This document shows positions 26,635 to 38,739 of a DNA stretch of 64,000 nucleotides, one piece after another. Below the pieces are notes generated by a model, which saw only the letters and a list, made by a program, of their open reading frames with translations, was not told the DNA's origin and searched no databases. Position 1 is the first letter of the stretch. Each line of letters opens with the position of its first letter. This DNA is from Octopus vulgaris (lineage: Eukaryota). The translations under genes were made by a program, and so were the position numbers. The DNA lies in contig OX597820.1 in assembly GCA_951406725.2 (NCBI GenBank), forward strand, positions 111,972,001 through 112,036,000, read 5' to 3'.

Positions 26635-27779
26635 GTGGAGATAGATAGATAATAGATAAATAAATATAAGTATGCAAATATTTGTACACACGCACATACT
26701 TTTACTTGTTGCAATGATTATATTGCAACCATGTTGAAGCAATGCCTTGAAGGGTTTAGTGGAATTAATTAACCCCAGTATATATTTTTGAAGTTTGGTA
26801 CTTATCTATCAGTCTCTTTGTTGAACCTGCTACATTACAAGAATGTAAACAAACTAACACCACTTATCAAGCAGTTGTGTGGGGACAAACACACAACACA
26901 CACACGAATTAAGTGAAGTAATGAATTAGCCAAAGACCAACTAGTCTAATTCTACTTATAGTTATGTCAGATTAAATTTTTCTTTTTAATGTGGAAGAAT
27001 TGATTGAGCATATGGTCGATCTGGAACCATTTAATGACCATTCTACTACAATCAATTTTTTTTTGTAATGGGATTTCAATTCAAGTGAAAAAAAAAATCT
27101 TGTGTAATATTATTTGGTTGAGGAAAAAGTTTGTGCATCATGTTAAAATAATGCTTTTTTGAATCATAGCCGGCCGCCAACACTTTTTTCTGCAAAATAG
27201 GGGTAGCTTATCCTGTTCAGGCTATATTATTAGCATTATCCTGCGTTTGAGAATTTAAAAAAATCACTTCTTTAACTTTTTTATATATTTTTGTGGTGTG
27301 TGTGTTCATTCAGTTCATTATTTTAACATGGTGCACATCCGATCCAGTTTGGATTGGATGTTCAATAAATTGATGAAAAATTAATTGCAATATATTGGTC
27401 CAATTAAATGATTGGAGTCGTACTTCTAATTAAATAATTGATTGTTATCATATCAGTTAATCAATCATTAAATTTGAAAACAAGCTGTGGGTCTATAAAG
27501 ATACACCTGGCAGTTTTGATGTCACAATGGGAAGTTCTGACTCAGCACAATTGGCTGATTTGGTTGGTACATATATCTTTTATGGGATTGCTGACCAATT
27601 CCCAAACAACAATAGAGGTCTATATCATTCATTGCAGTTAATTGCAACATTGTCAGTGAAAGTTTTTCAAATGGCTCATACTTTATTCGATGTTCAATTG
27701 GCAAATACAGTGTTTTATTATTTGAGGTACTGTGTTGACACTTTGTTCTGACTGCTGAGAAAGATTCACACATTTTGTC

Positions 27780-29075
27780 ATGCTTAGGAATTGACTATTG
27801 TGTATGTTGTCAAGTGTTGATGCTTGTGTACTGTTTTACTAGCATTTTCGCCAATGGCAAGTGAAATATCATTCACTGCTTCTGATTATGTCGAATTTAT
27901 AGAGGAGTATGTGTTAAGTGTCTATAACAAAAATTTGGAAAATACCATAGCTATAACTGGAGATAATACTGAAGTGAACAAATCTATAGTGAATCTGTGT
28001 AGAATACCTATTTCTTTACTACCCACAAGGGGCTAAACACAGAGGGGACAAACAAGGACAGACAAACGGATTAAGTTTATTACATCGACCCCAGTGCATA
28101 ACTGGTACTTAATTTATCGACCCTGAAAGGATGAAAGGCAAAGTCGACCTCAGCGGAATTTGAACTCAGAATGTAATGGCAGACGAAATACGGCTACACA
28201 TTTCGCCCAGTCTGCTAACGATTCTGCCAGCTCACTGCCTTCAGAATCTGTGTAGAATACCATTGATTGGATGTGTCTGCCATAAATTCAATCTAACTGT
28301 TTCTGCTTATCTCAACATGTAGGAAGTTCTGCTTGATAAAATTAATATGTTTATGGGCAAGCTAAAATCATTAAAACTTGTGGGTAAACTTCGGGAAAAA
28401 ACGTCTTTGCAACCTATACAAAGAAATAAAACTTGATGATCCAGTAGTTATGACATGATTGAGAGGTTCATCCAACTCAAACCGTTTTTAGACTCTTTTC
28501 AAGGCCATCCAAAGCTGGTTGATTATCAGACTCTAAAAGACAATTTAGCAAAGTTACGCTCAGTAATGGTCACCTTGCAAAGAACGGAAATAAATTTGGG
28601 AGGTGCTCAAATTCTTTTTGATGAAATTCTCACATTGTATCCTTATGAGGAATTAAAAAAATATTTGTTTCTATCAGCAGCCATTGCGCACAGCCAAAAT
28701 TTTGAAAGTGGATTTGTGAAAATTTTACAACATGCAGAAGCAGAGCTGACTACGGATGAAGTGGCTGATCTACATCTGCTGAAAATGATGACAGACACGT
28801 CACAACAGTCTGATTTACCTGTAGATGATAATTTTGCTTAAATTTGCTTGAAAAAACACAAAAAAGATAAAATTTCACCTCAGCAGTATCTGAACTGTAG
28901 ATTTTTGTTACCAACATCCAACATCTTGGAACGTTTCTTCAGCTCAGCAGGTTACGCCTTTTAATCATTTTCGGCAATACTTAACACCAATGAATTTAGA
29001 AATGCAATTATTTCTAAAAGTCAATCGCACTTTCTGGGATGAAGAACTAGTTTCAGAAATCTGCAATTGTTCATA
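27780..29075 (+). mobile_element. Decayed hAT-like transposase interrupted by a SINE
   Basis: ITGDN, LIGCVCHKFNL (CxxH), SSSYDMIERF, PTSNILERFFSSAG, NLEMQLFLKVNR; stops present. Confidence 0.8.
28009..28243 (-). mobile_element. SINE A variant with perfect 18-bp target-site duplication
   Basis: GAATCTGTGTAGAATACC at 27991-28008 and 28244-28261. Confidence 0.9.
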
Positions 29076-29578
29076 ACCTTTTGCTATATTGCAACATTTT
29101 AATTGTGCTACTCTTTTGAGAAACTCTTTCAATTTCTTTGTTTTTCAACTATTGTACAATGTAGTTTGTTCCCTATTCTAAATCAATAAAATCAAACTTT
29201 GAATGTTTTCTGCTAATAAAGTTTTTTGAAACTATAAGACGTGCCTTTTAATTTCCTATCATTTTGGCTCTAATCTAAATTGAAGTGTTTTTATGTTTGG
29301 CAAAATAATTGACAATTAACTGCAATAATTGATTGGAAAGGTTCCAATCAATTATTTACAACTCCTGACCACGACACTTGTCTTGATGAGTAAAAAAAAA
29401 AAAAGTGTAGGTTTTGAATATGATTTTTGATGTTACCATTTTTTCAGGTGTTTCGCCAGTCTTTACCTCAGTACTTTTTTTCTACTGAATATGTTTGCAT
29501 ATAAGTAATATAGATAGATTCCTCTCACCGAGATCTATCATATAAGCTAAAATAAAATATAGATTTCTTAAAACAAAA

Positions 29579-30661
29579 CCCTTTCGTTACCAAACCGCCC
29601 AAAGCCGCCCGAAAAAAATTTTGGTTAATGTGACCAAACCGCCCAAACCCACTTGTATTTACCTATTCATATTTAAATGAGAATATCAGGGCAAATCTCT
29701 TTAGTACATTCGTGAAAACACGTGATTATACTTCGTAAACAGTTCATCTACAGTTTTGTACAACGATCGAAGTGTAATTTTAATTCCGTGAATTTTGGGA
29801 GATTTTTTTCCGAAATTTGTTCCTATTGTGTTTTCAAAATTTGTAATTCTGACAAAAAATGGATACAAATTTCATTTCAGCAGCGAGTCAGAATTCGAAG
29901 GATTTTCTACTGAAGACCTTGATAAGTCTAACTCTATGACTGAAAAAAAAAAGCACGTGGTATTTGATAATGAATGTGATGTTTCATTTTCTGAAAGTGA
30001 AAACAGTGAATCCGAGAGCTCCGACAGCGATAAAGAAAATGAATTGGCACCTGAATGGAGTGAAAATTTAAAAACTGTTTCTTTCGGTGATTTTTCTGAA
30101 GAAACTGGACCAAGCCACAGACTTTCCCATGAGAGTAAAGTGATAGACTATTTCTTTTTACTTTTTCCGATGAGTCTATTTGAAATCATTACGGCGGAAA
30201 CGAACCGTTACGCTAAATGTAAACAAAGCGAAAGAAAGGATAGTTAGTGGTTTCCCACAACCTTAAATGAAATTAAGACTATTTTGCCATAAATATTATT
30301 ATGGGTATCAGAAAGTTACCCAGAATAACAAATTCTATCGTAAAATTTTGTTGTATACCCAATTGAATATTAGCTAATAACCCATTTTCTATAGCGATGT
30401 TTGAACAAAATTTTAATAATTTTATATTTTGTTGAATTTACCTGTATCTACCTGCAATTAGAGTCACTTTGTGACAAAAATTATAGTATAGAATTGGTTG
30501 AGAACATTTCATTAAATTATCTTCCAAAAATCACATTAATATATTGATAAATAAAAAAGTTATAGTTGTTTAATGAAACCAAACTAAATTTATGATTATG
30601 TTAGAAATTAATTGAAACACATAAGGGGTGTATTTTGGTCAGAAATATAGTAATGAAAGGG
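29579..30661 (+). mobile_element. Internally deleted piggyBac element
   Basis: TIRs CCCTTTCGTTAC / GTAATGAAAGGG|TTAA; acidic N-terminus and DYFFLLFP..FEIITAETNRYA; left TTAA not intact. Confidence 0.8.
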
Positions 30662-31036
30662 TTAATTCTAAGATGCCCTGTACATACCATGGCTACTCTG
30701 AATTATTTCTGTTGCCTCATTTTCATTTCCTTTATCATTTAGGTTCCAGGTAAGTTCTGACCAATGAAACAATAAGAAAAGACACATCTCACAGATTCAT
30801 GGATGACTACAACCTGTTTGGATTTGGACTGCCACTGTGAATATATGTATGTCTGTATGCATGTAAGTATATGTGTGCGTGATTGTGTGTGTACGTGCGC
30901 GCGCCTAGATTTGTGTCATTTCTTAGTGTTTCATTGGTCAAAACTTACCTGGAACCTAAATGATAACGGAAATGAAAATGAGGCAACAGAAATAATTCAG
31001 AGTAGCCATGGTATGTACAGGGTATCTCAGAATTAA
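30662..31036. mobile_element. Foldback MITE with ~125-bp imperfect arms
   Basis: TTAATTCTAAGATGCCCTGTACATACCATGG... mirrors ...CCATGGTATGTACAGGGTATCTCAGAATTAA. Confidence 0.8.
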
Positions 31037-31102
31037 CTATCTATTTTAGTAAAATCAGACAAATTTAAAAAACTCACTTTTACTTATGTTTATCATCTGT
31101 AT

Positions 31103-33363
31103 ATACATATCTTGTGTGGTCAGTGGCTAAACCTTAAACGGTCTGGAACTGAAAGATATTGAGACGAGGAGAAGCTGGGTTTTTATAAGGAGTTGTAGGC
31201 TTAAAACTGAGTTGAGAACAGGCTGTCACACGTGACCTTATTTAGGGGCTTCGATTAGTTATACGCTGTGTATTGGCGCAATAGAGTAAGAGACAGGTAT
31301 ACATAATATAAGGCAAGATGTGTGTGTACGTGATTGTAGTTTATGCACATCCACAAATGAGCACACATGTTGCTCAAATTTTAGGAGGACATTCGTCAAC
31401 ATCCTGTCTAGGTTTTGTCAACTTATTTTTTTCCGAGGCACCCACGGATAACGGTAAAAATCTATTTTCAGCCATAGCTTTTAGCAGTAAAAATAACTAT
31501 TTTCAGCCATAGCTTTTTGACGGCGTCTAACAAAAAAAAAACAAGATAAAGAAAAGTGGAAGAGAAGCGGGGTTTCACAGCGTCTAAACAAAAAAAAGGG
31601 AAAGACAAAGTGAGAGAGAGAGTAAGTGACAATGTTCATAAAATGTAAAATGTTTTGTTTTTCTTAAACACAAGATATAGTGTTCAAATTCAGGGTGTTT
31701 TTGAAAGACACTATATTTTATAATCATAGTATATATACATTCTCACACAATTACAATATATTTATTTTAAATTGTTCATCTTTCTCCCCCCATCTCTCTC
31801 ACACACATTACTTTGGGTGCGAAAGAGTTTTGTTTTTATTTTACGCTGAGTAAAAAGTGTTTTGTTGACAATCCATTTATTTAACAACAAAGAAACAAAG
31901 GGGTAGGTAACAGTTTGTCAGTGAATTACACAATATAAATGGGAACAATTTGTGAGACTTCCACCAGACCCCACTCCATTTCACAGACCACAAAAAGGGT
32001 TTTGTAGCATATTAGGAGGCCAGAGTAGTTGATTCCATGCAAAAAACCCGGTTTTTTTTTTCTTAGTGAAAATCGTGCAAGTGTTAATCTACAAATTTAA
32101 CATTTTTTCCATTCATTTCTGTTTAGCTGAGTGAATCAATGAAGATAACCTTATACTCATTGATTCACTCAGCTATTAAAGTCTTATCACACAGCCACTT
32201 TCTCTATTCCCTAAAATTTGTCTTTCTCAGATTTTTCAAACCTACTTTTTTGGTCTCTCGTTAAACCACGATTAGCAGACCCTCTTCCTAGTTAGAGGTG
32301 CGTCCACCCTCCCACCCCCTCCACCTGTACTGGAAGTTCCTATCCTTTGCCATTCCTGGTTGCCTCCCATGAACACTGCTAAAGGCATTTCGCCATCCCC
32401 ACCCCCAGTCTCGGGCTATTCTCCTATGTAAGGTAATGTTCTTATAGTGCAAAATATGAAAGGGTAGTGCTATGCAGGTTGAATTGAAGGCTACTGTATT
32501 GCTTGCTCATGAATTCTGCCAAATGCGAGTTTTCTTTTCAGGTACATGAAGCTACTGTCCCCCGTCCCATGGTCTCTAGGGCCCATACCTCCCACACCCT
32601 TGGCACTATATGAGTACAGTTAATATCAGGTCTGCTGGCAAGTTAGTACTATGAATAAAGTTTCCTTAATTCAAACAATTTACTAAACATACTTAAAAAG
32701 CAATAACAAATACCCTAAGATAAGAATGAAATACTAATTAAATTTAATCATTAAAAGTTATAAACAAAAGTATATTAACTCAAAGTAGGTGCAAAAAATA
32801 CTATTACAATCAACAGGTTGTGACTATATCACATTACCTTCGAATTAGTTTATTCTAATCAAAAAATCTAATAATTTAAAAATTATAGTCAAATAATATA
32901 TCAATTCTAAGTGGGTGCAGCCATACAATTTCAATCAATGGGCAACACTTACAGTTCTACATAGTACAACAAATTTATACAAATTTGTATAAATACAGTT
33001 AATAAAGGAGCTTGTCTTACCAATGAGTTGTTTAAAAAAAACCTTATTAGATGTGTAGCAAACACGTGAGGGAAATTCCTCTCCTCTCTATTATATATAC
33101 ATACATACGAACATAGTAGATAACAGCCAGCCTTTGTCCACTACTCTGATTGGTTGGTATTGGCACAATTTGTCTCTTACTCTATTGCGCCAATACACAG
33201 CGTATAACTAATCGAAGCCCCTAAATAAGGTCACGTGTGACAGCCTGTTCTCAACTCAGTTTTAAGCCTACAACTCCTTATAAAAACCCAGCTTCTCCTC
33301 GTCTCAATATCTTTCAGTTCCAGACCGTTTAAGGTTTAGCCACTGACCACACAAGATATGTAT
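31103..33363. mobile_element. Segment bounded by perfect 193-bp inverted repeats
   Basis: 31103-31295 is the exact reverse complement of 33171-33363; no transposase ORF inside. Confidence 0.8.
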
Positions 33364-33756
33364 TTCATTATTTCACTTTAGTTCTTAACTATACGGTTTT
33401 TGTATGTTATTAATTACCCAACGAGATATATAGATCATTAATTATTTATAGCGTTCTTTTATATATATTTATATATACATATATATAAAGTGCGTCGCAT
33501 TTTAAAGAGTGGCATTTTAATTTTTTTATAACCTTTCCCTGACCGTTGGGCTCAGAGATTACTTCCTAAACTCATTAATTTCCCTTGCCGTTAGCAGGAC
33601 AAAAGATTATTTAAAAAAATTTTTCGCGCCGGTTCAACTCCAACCAACGGAACTAGAGCATAATGTTTTCCTGTTAATTTCACCTCCATAACAATATATA
33701 TATATATATATATACCTAAATATATATATATACCTATATATATATATATAAGTGAA

Positions 33757-34097
33757 GGCGCATGGCTCAGTGGTTAGAGCGTCGAGCTTACGATCGTGAG
33801 GTTGTGAGCTCGAATCCCGGACCGGGCTGCGTGTTGTGTTCTTGAGCAAGACACTTTATTTCACGTTGCTCCAGTTCACTCAGCTGTAGAAATGAGTTGC
33901 GACGTCACAGGTGCCAAGCTGTATCGACCTTTGTCTTTCCCTTGGATAACACTGGTGGCGTGGAGAGGGGAGGCCGGTATGCATGGGCGACTACTGGTCT
34001 TCCATAAAACAACCTTGCCCAGACTTGTGCCTCAGAGGGTAACTCTCTAGGTGCAAACCCATGGTCACTCATGACCAAAGGGGGTCTTTACCCTTTT
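33757..34097 (+). mobile_element. tRNA-derived SINE family C
   Basis: A-box TGGCTCAGTGG, B-box GAGCTCGAATCCC, CORE-like TGTGTTCTTGAGCAAGACACTT, TTTACCCTTT tail. Confidence 0.85.
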
Positions 34098-34249
34098 ATA
34101 TATATAATAATAATAATATTAGGGAGTAAATCCAAACTTACAGGCAAAAATTAGATTTAGGATTAAATCCAATTTTACAGTATAAATATATGTATGTATG
34201 TATGCATATATTTTATTTATTAAATTGTTATCATATATATATATATACA

Positions 34250-37192
34250 CAACTGAAGACGAAAGAGGTGTGATGGCCGCAAACAAATGGAAAGCACCCA
34301 AATATAGACGGAAATAAAGAGGTAAAAGACAAGAAAGCTAAAACAAACACTGTTCATAAAAAACAGAAGAACCTCAGCAAGAACTATAAAGGCAAAAGCA
34401 GAAACATTTCCAAATTCTACCTGAAGGGAAACTGCTGGCATGGCGTCGATGGTGCAAACTGTCGTTTTGCACATCAGAAGCCCTGCCAAAACCGCATGGA
34501 CACAAGACAAAAATTCCTCCCTTGGGGAGAACAAAAAGAAAAAGAAAAATATAAAAAGGGAAAACGGCGCACTGACCACTCCAGAAAGACGATGTGCGCA
34601 GTCCAAAAAAGATACTGCATAGCCCAACAAATGGCCAGCTTCACCCAAATGTGAGAAGGGCAGCAGCTGAACAGCAATCTTTTTGTGCATGGCACAAAAA
34701 ATTGTCCAGCAGCTGACCTGGCTACAAACACAAAGCTGGAACTACCACCACATAAGGCCACCACCAACAGATGCATGATGGCCACCACAGACACCAACAC
34801 CAACACACACACCACAAAAATATTTCTACTGAACGTAGGAGGGCTGCTGCGCGGAAACTGTAAAAGGAAAATCTCATTCCTGAGAGACCTTGTGACATGC
34901 AATCAAGCTATATGCATGGCACTCATAGAAACGCATTTGGACCCGATATAGAGGATGCAGAAATACACATATCGCAATATGCTGTCATACGCTCAGATAG
35001 AAAAGGGAGGAGCCATGGTGGAGTTGCAATGTACATCCGAGATGACCTCACGCCCCAGGTCCTGCTGTCATATTCAAACTCAGTGTGTGACACTCAAATT
35101 GTACACATAAAACAACTGAATATCGTCATATGTACTACATATCGCCCACCGGATGCCCCAAATCACTCAGGCATGTTTGAAGACTGCCTAACAAAAATAG
35201 GAGAAGTTCTCACCAACCTGGAACAACACAACAGTGTATTCTTCATGGGTGACTTCCCCAATGTGGAATGGTCTGGGGGGGTAGATGCTCCCAGGGATGG
35301 CACACCAACAGCAGGCACAGGCAGAGTCCCTGCTCCATCTCACAATGCCTCTTTCATGGAGCAAATAGTGCTGCAACCAACAAGGGCAGATGATATACTG
35401 GATCTCTGTTTCACAAACAATATGGATATTATCCATAATGTTAAAGTGATGTCGACAATGATCTCGACAATGATCTTGGATCACAACATAATAGAGCTGT
35501 CTATGTATGGACCAAAAGCCCCCGCAGACACACAGCCTATACGAAGCATCCACAATCTCTCCAACTTAAACTTTCATAAAGCAAATTGGAAGTTGATCGA
35601 GAAAGAGATCCTCAAACAGGATTGGCCTAAAAGCCATATGTGACAAATATGTCCCAGTGTGCAGGGCCAGCACACACAAAAACAAAAACAAGATCCCTAG
35701 AGTAAGGAAGATTCTTATGAGATGACGGACAAGGATTGCGAACCGCTTGAGCAAGCACACCAAAAGTGGTGAGAAGTCTCGGCTTGAGAGAATGCTAATG
35801 GAAATTGAGAAAAGTCTGCATCAGTCTCATGAAAAGGAGAGAGCAGATAAAGAAGCTTGGGTAATAGAAAATATAAAGTCAAACCCTAAAGCTTTCTTTA
35901 GGTTTGCCAAAGAGACAGCCACAATGCACCAGAGAATAGGACCTCTCTTCCAAAAAGATAGCTCTCTCACAGGAAATCCCACGAGGATAAGTGAAATACT
36001 GAACGAACAGTTCCAAAGTGTGTTCACTACACCTCTAGGACACAGGCAAGTAAACAACCCAGAAGAATTCTTTGCCACTTTACCTGCGGCCAAAGAGGCA
36101 AAAATTGAGTACATCAACATTGAAGATGATGATATCACACTGGCCATAGATGAGATTGACACAAACTCAGCTGCTGGACCTGATGGATTTCCAACGATCC
36201 TTCTCAAATCATGCAAACAAGCCCTTGCAAAACCACTACAGCTTATTTTTCAGAGCTTTCTTGCAAGTGGTAAGCTCCCAGTCAAATTGAAAGAGGGGGT
36301 AATATGCCCTATCCATAAGGGAGGAAGCAGAGCAGATGCTAAAAATTATAGGCCAATCTCTCTGACCTCACACATCAGCAAAGTCATGGAACAAATAGTC
36401 CGCAAGAAACTAATCATGTTCCTTGAAGAAAATGACTTGCTGACTGACACCCAGCATGGATTTCGACCAGGTTGAAGCTTCCTAACACAGCTCCTGCAAC
36501 ACTATGACTGGGTGTTAAATGGCTCAAATGTGGATGTGATATATCTCGACTTTGCAAAAGCCTTTGATAAAGTCGACCACGGTATGATTTATCAAAAACT
36601 GTCACCATCCAGTGTCAAGTTGATCACAGAACTTGAGGCGATCCAACGAAGCTACACGAAGAAGATAGCCTCTGTGCAGCATATAAGCTACTGGGAAAGA
36701 CTCAAGAGATTAAAACTCTATTCCTTGGAGCGTAGGCGAGAAAGATATGCCATAATATATATCTGGAAGATCCTGGAAGGACTTGTCCCAAACTTTGGCA
36801 TCAAGAGTCACACAAATGCCAGAACCGGGCGCCACTGCGTGGTACCAAGGACTCCAAATTTGCCATCAAGGTGTAGGACAAGATACTGTGATAGCCTGGG
36901 CTTCAGAGGCCCATAGCTCTTCAATATCCTCCCGAAGAACCTGAGTGACCTGTATGGTGTAGATGCGGATGTCTTTAAAGTAGGACTGGATCTCTTCCTA
37001 TCAGGTGTCCCGGATGAACCAACTTCATAGCAAGAGGTGCAGATGAGGGCAGCTGCATTGAACTCTCTCATGCACCAAATGGCAGTTGCTAAAAAGCATT
37101 CATGAGGTAAAATCATGTAGCAAACCAAATGGCGGTGCCCCAGCATGGCCACAGCTTATGAGCTGAAACTGGAAAAATCAAAATCAAAATCA
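34250..37192 (+). mobile_element. Near full-length CR1-like LINE with internal deletion
   Basis: Zinc-finger ORF1 relic; APE motifs ALIETHL, GGVAMYI, YRPP, MGDF, LDLCF, DHN; RT motifs NYRPISLTS, QHGFR, YLDFAKAFDKVDH; deletion near 36600; (AAATC)n tail. Confidence 0.9.
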
Positions 37193-37292
37193 TCATATAT
37201 ATTTGTTTATTGTTTATTTGTATATATTAAATAATATGTGCAGCATGTTTAGTATATTAATATTATTATTATATTTTTATAGTTAATTATAA

Positions 37293-37427
37293 CCTCTGAC
37301 AAGGGCTATGGTTCTTTTAACCCATAAGTATAATATTTTTTTAATGCCTACAACCCTAGTATGTAGACATCTATAGGCAAAGAAAATTCAGATTCACTGT
37401 TGACCATAGGCTGAAACAGCTGTAAGA
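37293..37427 (+). ncRNA. Degenerate type I hammerhead ribozyme motif
   Basis: CTGACAA-GGGCTATGGT...ACCATAGGCT-GAAAC-AGCT-GTA. Confidence 0.5.
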
Positions 37428-37784
37428 AATAATTTCTGGATTTCAATAATTTATAATATGAATTTTAAAAACTGTATTTGTATTATTATATTTTCTATTG
37501 ATTTATATAATATTTTGTATGCTTTTGATGTTCTCATCTGTAAAATGAATAAATAATCTAATATTTAAATATCCGTAAGTTGATGAACAAACTGAATTTG
37601 TTTCTCCACTTTCTTATTTGTATTATAAATTTGTGGTAAAAGTATTTCTTTACCTTCACCCATTTAATACAATAAATGAATTAATTGCATTTATGTATTA
37701 AGAATTTGGGTACTTTACCAACAGTATATTGGATAAATGATATCCCATAGTGGGTTACACCCATAACCCCTATCTTACTTTGTA

Positions 37785-38193
37785 GGCGCAGGAGTGGCTG
37801 TGTGGTTAGTAGCTTGCTAACAAACCACATGTTTCCGGGTTCAGTCCCACTGTGTGGCATCTTGGGCAAGTGTCTTCTGCTATAGCCCCGGGCCGACCAA
37901 TGCCCTGTGAGTGGATTTGGTAGACGGAAACTGAACGAAGCCCGTCGTATATATGTATATATATATATATATGTATGTGTTTGTGTGTCTGTGTTTGTCC
38001 CCCTAGCATTGCTTGACAACCGATGCTGGTGTGTTTACATCCCCGCCACTTAGTGGTTTGGCAAAAGAGACCGATAGAATAAGTACTGGGCTTACAAAGA
38101 ATAAGTCCTGGGGTCGAGTTGCTCGATTAAAGGCGGTGCTCCAGCATGGCCGCAGTCAAATGACTGAAACAAGTAAAAGAGTAAAGAGTAAGA
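37785..38193 (+). mobile_element. tRNA-derived SINE family B, full length
   Basis: GGCGCAGGAGTGGCTGTGTGG head, GGTTCAGTCCC B-box, internal TA tract, LINE-like 3' tail. Confidence 0.9.
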
Positions 38194-38253
<60 letters not shown>

Positions 38254-38255
<2 letters not shown>

Positions 38256-38425
38256 ATTAGAGACAAAACCACTATTATGCAAATCAAACAAAGAAAGACT
38301 TAATCCAATACATAAAAAATTTTATATAAATTAAATAAAATTTTATTTAATTTATATAAAATTTTTTGTATTGGATTAAGTCTTTCTTTGTTTGATTTGC
38401 ATAATAGTGGTTTTGTCTCTAATTA
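38254..38425. repeat. Loop-less palindrome of a dispersed AT-rich repeat
   Basis: Centre 38340/38341; arms differ by a 2-nt indel; related repeat at ~7905-8030 and ~34110-34190. Confidence 0.85.
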
Positions 38426-38514
38426 ATATTATATAATATTTTACTATAAAATTGGATTCAATCCTAAATCTGATTTTTCCCTGTAAATTTGGATTTATTC
38501 CCTAATATTTATTA

Positions 38515-38739
<225 letters not shown>

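Noticed and set aside
33757-33830. Functional tRNA gene
   Set aside because: The tRNA-like head runs into a SINE body; no complete acceptor stem or Pol III terminator
34253-34285. Hammerhead at the LINE 5' end (CTGAAGA...GCAAAC)
   Set aside because: No stem II pairing and no GUH site
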